11,173 bases of DNA, from positions 64,001 through 75,173 of IMG/VR virus record IMGVR_UViG_3300001598_000046; one strand, 5' to 3'. This DNA is from a virus. Lineage: Duplodnaviria > Heunggongvirae > Uroviricota > Caudoviricetes. The notes under the pieces were generated by a model that was not told where the DNA came from, did not search any database, and saw nothing but the letters and a program-made list of their open reading frames with translations. The position numbers were made by a program, and so were the translations under genes. Below, in pieces: positions 6,492 to 11,173 of the stretch (position 1 is its first letter; the number at the start of each line of letters is the position of its first letter).

Positions 6492-7079
6492 ATGAAATAC
6501 GTATTAGTTGGTCTTCACGCCAGCGGGAAACACGAGGTGGCGCACCTACTCGAACAGCAAGGTATTTCCTGTGGAAGACTATTTTCGAATATAGAGAATC
6601 CCGCGGGGACGATATATGGTAGTTTCGAATATGAATTATGTGGTGCAAGAGATATTGATGAGGTATTCGAAAATAACGCCTACATCTTTATTCGTGAACT
6701 CAAAAATGGTAATGAAAAATATTATGAAGGCCTTGCCACAAAGGCATTTGATGAAAATGATGTGATCGTACTTTCGCCGGATCAAATCGTTTCCATTTCA
6801 CCAAGTATGATGCCACACGGGGTATGTTATGTGTGGTTAGATAATACCAAAGTAAATCGCTTCAATCGTTATCGAGACGAACATCGCTCATATAACTTCA
6901 ATAATCGTGATAAAGAAGAATCACAAGATATCAGCACATTTATTAAATCAATATATGCCAACGATAATCATATCCTCTATTTCGTAAATGAGGATCCTGC
7001 ACGTATCGCTGCCATATTATATACTCTACTTATTCATCCTGAATTATTCCCAATGTATAATAAAGCATTCAATTGCTAA
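6492..7079 (+). CDS. Degenerate guanylate-kinase-like P-loop protein, 195 aa
   Basis: N-terminal YVLVGLHASGKH resembles Walker A. The downstream layout (KYYEG, DVIVL, CYVWLD, RFNRYR) parallels Gmk (NYYGT, DVIL, IFILPP, RRLRGR). Confidence 0.65.
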   Translation: MKYVLVGLHASGKHEVAHLLEQQGISCGRLFSNIENPAGTIYGSFEYELCGARDIDEVFENNAYIFIRELKNGNEKYYEGLATKAFDENDVIVLSPDQIVSISPSMMPHGVCYVWLDNTKVNRFNRYRDEHRSYNFNNRDKEESQDISTFIKSIYANDNHILYFVNEDPARIAAILYTLLIHPELFPMYNKAFNC

Positions 7080-7096
7080 AAATATTAATATGATGT

Positions 7097-7816
7097 ATGG
7101 ACGGACTTAACTTTGGAATGGATGGATTCTGTATGGATAATTCAAGATGGTATAATCCAAGTACAGGAGATAAATTTACTGTCAAACAAAACTACTTCGA
7201 AGATAATGTTATGAAAATTCAGGCTATGGATGGTCGTATATTCACTCTCGATCAGATGGCCAATTATCTTCAATGGCAAGGTGAGGGTGAACCTCCAATG
7301 CCGGAAAAACTCGGTGAATCAAAAGGATTACCAGGGCCTCAGTGTCTACCACCTGAGGTTGCAAACATTCTTGAGGGTGGACAGGATGATGGATTATTAC
7401 CTGAAGATGCAGCAATGATTGCCGGTATGGGTAGTACGAGTGGTGCCGTACCACCACGTGGATCATTAGGTATAAGTAGACCTGCGCCAACACCAAACCA
7501 CGATATTATTCAACGAGCATTGGCAAAATGTTCAAAACCTGAATGGAACCTCGCTATGAAATGGTCCAAATTTCCTGAGCGTGAGATGAGTATGCTTCTT
7601 GAAGTAATGGATGTGCCCGTTGATGAAATATCAAACTATTATATGGATAGTATCCGTACTGAATTTGATGCCTTTATGGACAATCTGAGAGATCAATTTA
7701 ATACCTATATTGCTTCACAATTGGGTATCGAGATCAAAAAAGATGAACCTGTGGCACCAATAGAAGAGGAGAAACCAGTAAAATCAAAACGAACAAATGG
7801 TAAAACAAAGAAGTAA
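7097..7816 (+). CDS. Hypothetical protein, 239 aa, with two domains separated by a Pro/Gly-rich linker and a basic tail
   Basis: Track ORF. The start is uncertain because there are several early Met codons. Confidence 0.85.
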   Translation: MDGLNFGMDGFCMDNSRWYNPSTGDKFTVKQNYFEDNVMKIQAMDGRIFTLDQMANYLQWQGEGEPPMPEKLGESKGLPGPQCLPPEVANILEGGQDDGLLPEDAAMIAGMGSTSGAVPPRGSLGISRPAPTPNHDIIQRALAKCSKPEWNLAMKWSKFPEREMSMLLEVMDVPVDEISNYYMDSIRTEFDAFMDNLRDQFNTYIASQLGIEIKKDEPVAPIEEEKPVKSKRTNGKTKK

Positions 7817-8366
7817 TGATATTTTTGAAAATGCTGAAGCAGATATCTCTCAAAATCTTGATCCGGAACAGATAATCAATATTGATTTTGATGCACTCGA
7901 TAAAGATTCAAGTTCCGAGGCACGAAATATTATTGAGGCTATTGCAAAACTATATTGTGATGAAACATTTCTCAAGAAGAATCCAAGTTTCAAACATCGC
8001 ATAGATGCCGATATTGAATCTATTCGTATCAATCTTCGTATGCGTAAGGCCGATGAAATTGCACACGATCTTTGCCTCAAGAATATCCAAACCAATTCAG
8101 GGAATGCAAGTATGTATAAGTCCCTCACGGAACTCCAGCGTACTACCGCAGCACTTACAACAAAGATTGAGGAAACAATTGAGAAACTTGGAGTATTTAT
8201 CAAGAATTACCAACACGAACTCAATTTCGAAGATGATCCTGAAAAGAATGGAGATGACGATGATGACGATATTCCACAAAATACCGGCACAACATATCGT
8301 GGTTCAAAAGCATTTATCGAAGCAATGGAAGGAGTAGATATTCCTGATGATGCATTGGAATCATAA
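7797..8366 (+). CDS. Hypothetical acidic helical protein, 189 aa, with a coiled coil and a poly-Asp tail
   Basis: Track ORF overlapping the previous gene by 20 nt. Confidence 0.85.
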   Translation: MVKQRSNDIFENAEADISQNLDPEQIINIDFDALDKDSSSEARNIIEAIAKLYCDETFLKKNPSFKHRIDADIESIRINLRMRKADEIAHDLCLKNIQTNSGNASMYKSLTELQRTTAALTTKIEETIEKLGVFIKNYQHELNFEDDPEKNGDDDDDDIPQNTGTTYRGSKAFIEAMEGVDIPDDALES

Positions 8367-8463
8367 ATATGCGATATTTGCGATTTTAAGGCCGTTTTTA
8401 GCGCGTTTCGTGGCTTGGCCTTATAATGTATCATCTTTCAAAAAATAATCGAATATAACGCAT

Positions 8464-8495
8464 AAAAAAGGAACCTCAAATGGGTTCCTTTTTTT
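8464..8495. terminator. Bidirectional terminator between convergent blocks
   Basis: AAAAAAGGAACC-TCAAATG-GGTTCCTTTTTT. One arm also encodes the last codons (KKEPI-stop) of the minus-strand gene ending at 8476. Confidence 0.9.
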
Positions 8496-8826
8496 GTAAG
8501 TATTCATCATACATTTGTTCGGCTGTATTAATTTGGTCAAAAGCCATTCTCAAATATCGCCGTGCACGTTTCTTATTAATATCCCCGGGGTAATATTGTA
8601 CAAGCTGCCAACTCTCAACAAGATACTTCATACCCCGGTTATATTTATCCACGATTTTCTTTGGTATGCTGGTCAGGTATGTGGTATCATTATAAAGATC
8701 ATAATGATGAGTTGATGGATTATATAATACCACACTCGCCTTATTTGTTTCGAACCGTAGTTGGTTTTGAGCATTTGTAACCAATGCCCCCAATACGATC
8801 AAAAGACATATAATATACTTCTTCAT
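8476..8826 (-). CDS. Secreted protein, 116 aa, paralog of 8823..9203
   Basis: Sec signal peptide MKKYIICLLIVLGALVTNA|Q. Shares motifs with its neighbour and is ATGA-coupled to it. Confidence 0.85.
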   Translation of the reverse strand: MKKYIICLLIVLGALVTNAQNQLRFETNKASVVLYNPSTHHYDLYNDTTYLTSIPKKIVDKYNRGMKYLVESWQLVQYYPGDINKKRARRYLRMAFDQINTAEQMYDEYLQKKEPI

Positions 8827-9203
8827 TCTGCCTCCGGGTTCATCTGCAAAAATAGCAGGTAGTTATCAAACATCAGGTTGGCGATCATCAATTGCCTTTC
8901 ACCATACTCCATCAGCTGGTAACCATAAGCTCGCCAATCATCTTGCATAGTATCGATCATATCGCGCGCAGCGATGATATTATCCTGACCCTCATTATAG
9001 GTATCAACGATTTCCTTCGGGAGGCTGAGTAGGATGGTGCGCTCACCGGCAATAACTGAAACGAGGTCGTACTGCTTGGTTTTTTTATTGTACATCACAG
9101 TATCGCACTCACCAAGTGTTATACCAAGAATGTCATTAGTGATACCAGCGTTAGCAGTTAATGTAGAGAGAATAAGGCAAAGAGCCAAGATAAGTTTTTT
9201 CAT
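8823..9203 (-). CDS. Secreted protein, 126 aa, paralog of 8476..8826
   Basis: Sec signal peptide MKKLILALCLILSTLTANA|G, with ATGA overlaps at both ends. Confidence 0.85.
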   Translation of the reverse strand: MKKLILALCLILSTLTANAGITNDILGITLGECDTVMYNKKTKQYDLVSVIAGERTILLSLPKEIVDTYNEGQDNIIAARDMIDTMQDDWRAYGYQLMEYGERQLMIANLMFDNYLLFLQMNPEAE

Positions 9204-9610
9204 AGCAAGTTTATATTTGAATTATTGTTTTTAATATTTTCGAATTCGATAAGGATTTGTTTACATAATTTGTATGCTAATATTTTTTCCTCGTGACCTT
9301 TCATGCCGGGTTTTGTAACAAGAGATTTCTTATCACTAAGAATTTGATAAAAATACAATATATCATTGTCTTTATCCAATACGTAACAAGGTCTGTTAGG
9401 ATAATCTTCGTATAATGGTATATGATCCAGCCCAACAGCCACACAAATTTGTTCGAACGCGGTTTTGATATAACTGCGCATTTCACCAAACACCTTCTCA
9501 TTGGCTGATTTTTTTGCGCTATATTCATCATATAATGCCAACCAATCCTCGCGCGAAGTATTTCTGAGTTTATCCTCAAGAATCTTGTTAAGTTTTTCCG
9601 TATCAACCAT
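9200..9610 (-). CDS. Hypothetical protein, 136 aa
   Basis: Track ORF tightly packed between its neighbours. Confidence 0.8.
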   Translation of the reverse strand: MVDTEKLNKILEDKLRNTSREDWLALYDEYSAKKSANEKVFGEMRSYIKTAFEQICVAVGLDHIPLYEDYPNRPCYVLDKDNDILYFYQILSDKKSLVTKPGMKGHEEKILAYKLCKQILIEFENIKNNNSNINLL

Positions 9611-9611
9611 A

Positions 9612-10007
9612 TTACTTCTGATTTAATTCGTTATACTTACGTGTGACCATCTCCGCAGAGTTTACCGGCATTATGCTCATATCATTCTTGCGGTACTCCT
9701 CAGGGATATATAATACCACAGGAATACTTTTTGCGAATGCATATCCAATCTCCCAAGCAGTACCTGTATCGGAATAGTGACCGAGATATAATGCAACAAC
9801 CATACTACAACGATCAATTGCTTCGACATCCATTTGAAACACTCTCTTTCCCCACTCTTCGTTAGGCATTGACTCACCACCTTCAATGGTGTGCTTCATC
9901 GGGATAAAGAGTTCGCTATCCGGGTACGTCTTGCGAACGACATCAATCATTTTGTTGAGCTGCTCTCTCTCCTCGATATTGAAGAATGGGCCTGCAATAT
10001 ATATCAT
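9612..10007 (-). CDS. Nucleoside 2-deoxyribosyltransferase (NDT) family protein
   Basis: N-terminal IYIAGPFF, DVEAIDRC, and SDTGTAWEIGYA containing the catalytic Glu, followed by IPVV. Confidence 0.9.
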   Translation of the reverse strand: MIYIAGPFFNIEEREQLNKMIDVVRKTYPDSELFIPMKHTIEGGESMPNEEWGKRVFQMDVEAIDRCSMVVALYLGHYSDTGTAWEIGYAFAKSIPVVLYIPEEYRKNDMSIMPVNSAEMVTRKYNELNQK

Positions 10008-10030
10008 ATTATCTTTTTTTGGTTACATCT

Positions 10031-10038
10031 ATATATAA
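10031..10038 (-). promoter_or_regulatory. TTATATAT putative phage promoter motif
   Basis: Abuts the terminator at 10040-10077 and lies 23 nt before the ATG at 10007. Confidence 0.5.
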
Positions 10039-10039
10039 C

Positions 10040-10077
10040 AAAACCTCTCAAAACATTTAGTAGTTTTGAGAGGTTTT
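10040..10077. terminator. Rho-independent terminator
   Basis: Perfect 15-bp inverted repeat AAAACCTCTCAAAAC / GTTTTGAGAGGTTTT with an 8-nt loop. Confidence 0.9.
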
Positions 10078-10091
10078 TTCTTGCATTTGTT

Positions 10092-10265
10092 TTATTGCTG
10101 TATTGGAAGTGGATCGGATTTTAGATCAAGAAATGATCCACTTGAGAAAAGACAGTGGTAATATTGAGGAGTTGACTCAGGAATACCCTGTGTGAACACC
10201 ACTTGATCTTTGTTCAAGTGGATCTTATCACCTGATACTGTTTCTGCTGTTATTACTGTTGCCAT
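10092..10265 (-). CDS. 57-aa microprotein (MATVITAETVSGDKIHLNKDQVVFTQGIPESTPQYYHCLFSSGSFLDLKSDPLPIQQ), paralog of the N-terminus of 10280..11059; absent from the ORF track
   Basis: Translated by hand. TVSGDKIHLNKDQVVF aligns with TICGDKINLDPNNVIW of the upstream gene. Confidence 0.8.
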   Translation of the reverse strand: MATVITAETVSGDKIHLNKDQVVFTQGIPESTPQYYHCLFSSGSFLDLKSDPLPIQQ

Positions 10266-10279
10266 ATATAATATTGTAT

Positions 10280-11059
10280 TTATTCTGGATCTACTATTGT
10301 TCCATCCTTTTTCTTATATCCGAATTTTCCACTACCCTTGTTAGTCATAAATGGGTTTTGAGTAGATACTTCCTTCGTTATATCCAAGAATCCGGGAGTA
10401 TTGTCAGATTTACGTAAGACTGGAATTATCTTAACCAATTGTTCCAAACCATTAAAGACTTCAAGACTATAAAAATTACCGGTCATTTCATAATTTGGAT
10501 CTCCACCCTCATACCAAGCACCAATCATAAACGGAAGGTTTTGAGAATAATGTTTAACTTCTCCCATTGGTTCGTAATTGTCATCCCACCCAATGATTCC
10601 ATTGTGATAGTCTATGGTATATGTGTGTTTGCCTTTTGGATATAATATCGGATTGCCATAGCAACCCTCATTATACATAAGTGCTACCTGATCCGGGCCG
10701 ATACTTCCACTTCCACCACCATTGTACGATGCTGCGACAATTGTTTTTGCTCCCAAACCGGGACTTGTGCCATCGTGTACGGATGTACCAGTTGCTCCGT
10801 GCTCTATGTCGGCCGTGATCTTGAATATGCTATGTTCATTGGCGGCGAAAAGAGTCTCAGCATATTGATGACCGGTCATCCTTATATATTCCAAAGCCTC
10901 ATATTCCGGTGGAATATACTCAAAAGGATTCTCAAGTGTATTGAGGATATGACCTGTTCTGAGCATTACATAAAATGTTCCATCACCTTTTTCTTCAACC
11001 CAAATGACATTATTCGGATCGAGATTTATTTTATCTCCACATATTGTTGTGATCTTCAT
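10280..11059 (-). CDS. 259-aa modular protein: FlbD-like N-terminal micro-domain plus a concanavalin-A/LamG-like domain of the kind seen in gut phage tail/adhesion proteins
   Basis: The C-terminal part matches the pattern I recall as LEYIESTGTQYIDTG...FIPV...FYTNAGTG (here LEYIRMTGHQYAET...IIPVLRKSDNTPGFLD...FMTNKGSG). Recognised by eye, not searched. Confidence 0.65.
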   Translation of the reverse strand: MKITTICGDKINLDPNNVIWVEEKGDGTFYVMLRTGHILNTLENPFEYIPPEYEALEYIRMTGHQYAETLFAANEHSIFKITADIEHGATGTSVHDGTSPGLGAKTIVAASYNGGGSGSIGPDQVALMYNEGCYGNPILYPKGKHTYTIDYHNGIIGWDDNYEPMGEVKHYSQNLPFMIGAWYEGGDPNYEMTGNFYSLEVFNGLEQLVKIIPVLRKSDNTPGFLDITKEVSTQNPFMTNKGSGKFGYKKKDGTIVDPE

Positions 11060-11072
11060 AATATTCCATTTA

Positions 11073-11080
11073 CCATATAA
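11073..11080 (-). promoter_or_regulatory. TTATATGG, variant of the promoter-like motif
   Basis: Same position relative to a terminator as the other copies, 13 nt before the ATG at 11059. Confidence 0.35.
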
Positions 11081-11086
11081 TAAAAC

Positions 11087-11121
11087 AAAAGCCTCTCAAA
11101 ACATCGTTTTAAGAGGCTTTT
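11087..11121 (-). terminator. Rho-independent terminator
   Basis: Minus strand AAAAGCCTCTTAAAAC-GAT-GTTTTGAGAGGCTTTT, with a U-G wobble on the minus strand. Confidence 0.85.
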
Positions 11122-11151
11122 GGCAAAGTGTATTTGTTGTAGAAGATTTTG

Positions 11152-11173
11152 CGGAGAGAGTAGGTGTCGATCC
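11152..11173 (-). tRNA. Probable 3' end of a tRNA (Ser-like acceptor), truncated by the window edge
   Basis: Minus strand GG-ATCGACA-CCTAC-TCTCTCC-G parses as T-loop, 5-nt T-stem, 7-nt acceptor strand and discriminator G73, like bacterial tRNA-Ser ends (CTCTCTCCG). Only 22 nt are visible. Confidence 0.45.

Noticed and set aside
3365-6648. Minus-strand and alternate-frame ORFs inside or just after the large gene
   Set aside because: These are the typical shadows of a long, codon-biased gene. 6231..6461 and 6445..6648 span the terminator or overlap real genes.
1513-10038. Archaeal virus interpretation based on the TTTATATA-like box about 25 nt before starts
   Set aside because: The upstream flank is T-rich rather than a purine-rich BRE, the terminators are bacterial-type hairpins, and the signal peptides look bacterial. 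It is disfavoured but not formally excluded from this window alone.
10280-11059. Diversity-generating retroelement target
   Set aside because: I saw no reverse transcriptase and no template/variable repeat pair differing at adenines in this window.
7230-11080. Remaining overlapping track ORFs (e.g. 7242..7496, 7850..8203, 8005..8337, 8207..8434, 8515..8715, 9034..9234, 9301..9606, 9891..10124, 10439..10645, 10775..11080)
   Set aside because: They are nested in or antisense to better-supported genes and lack start context.
1-11173. TAG-to-Gln recoding as in Lak and some crAss-like phages
   Set aside because: All convincing genes, including the 1106-aa one, are intact in the standard code. 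The 19 complete genes end in TAA (15) or TGA (4), and no TAG is not surprising at this AT content. Only the tiny ORF at 3006 has an in-frame TAG.
1-11173. CRISPR array, IS element, integrase, intron or intein
   Set aside because: I saw no regularly spaced direct repeats and no transposase, recombinase, homing endonuclease or intein motifs.

Overview
AT-rich, gene-dense DNA that reads as part of a large tailed (jumbo-type) bacteriophage genome in the standard genetic code. The viral origin is inferred from gene content and architecture. A Bacteroidota host is a weaker inference, from the near-absence of Shine-Dalgarno motifs and from MKK...A|Q-type signal peptides. There are three blocks. (1) Minus strand, 1-3006: small accessory genes, including a Zn-ribbon protein and a stand-alone polynucleotide kinase domain. 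(2) Plus strand, 3057-8366: a 1106-aa multi-membrane-helix protein with internal repeats (tape-measure/ejection-protein-like), a degenerate guanylate-kinase-like protein and two acidic hypothetical proteins. (3) Minus strand, 8476-11173: two paralogous secreted proteins, a nucleoside 2-deoxyribosyltransferase-family gene, a pair of genes sharing a FlbD-like micro-domain (one fused to a lectin-like domain), and probably the 3' end of a tRNA at the edge. Intergenic regions repeatedly show a terminator hairpin fused to a TTATATA promoter-like motif. All homology calls come from motif recognition by eye; no searches were run.
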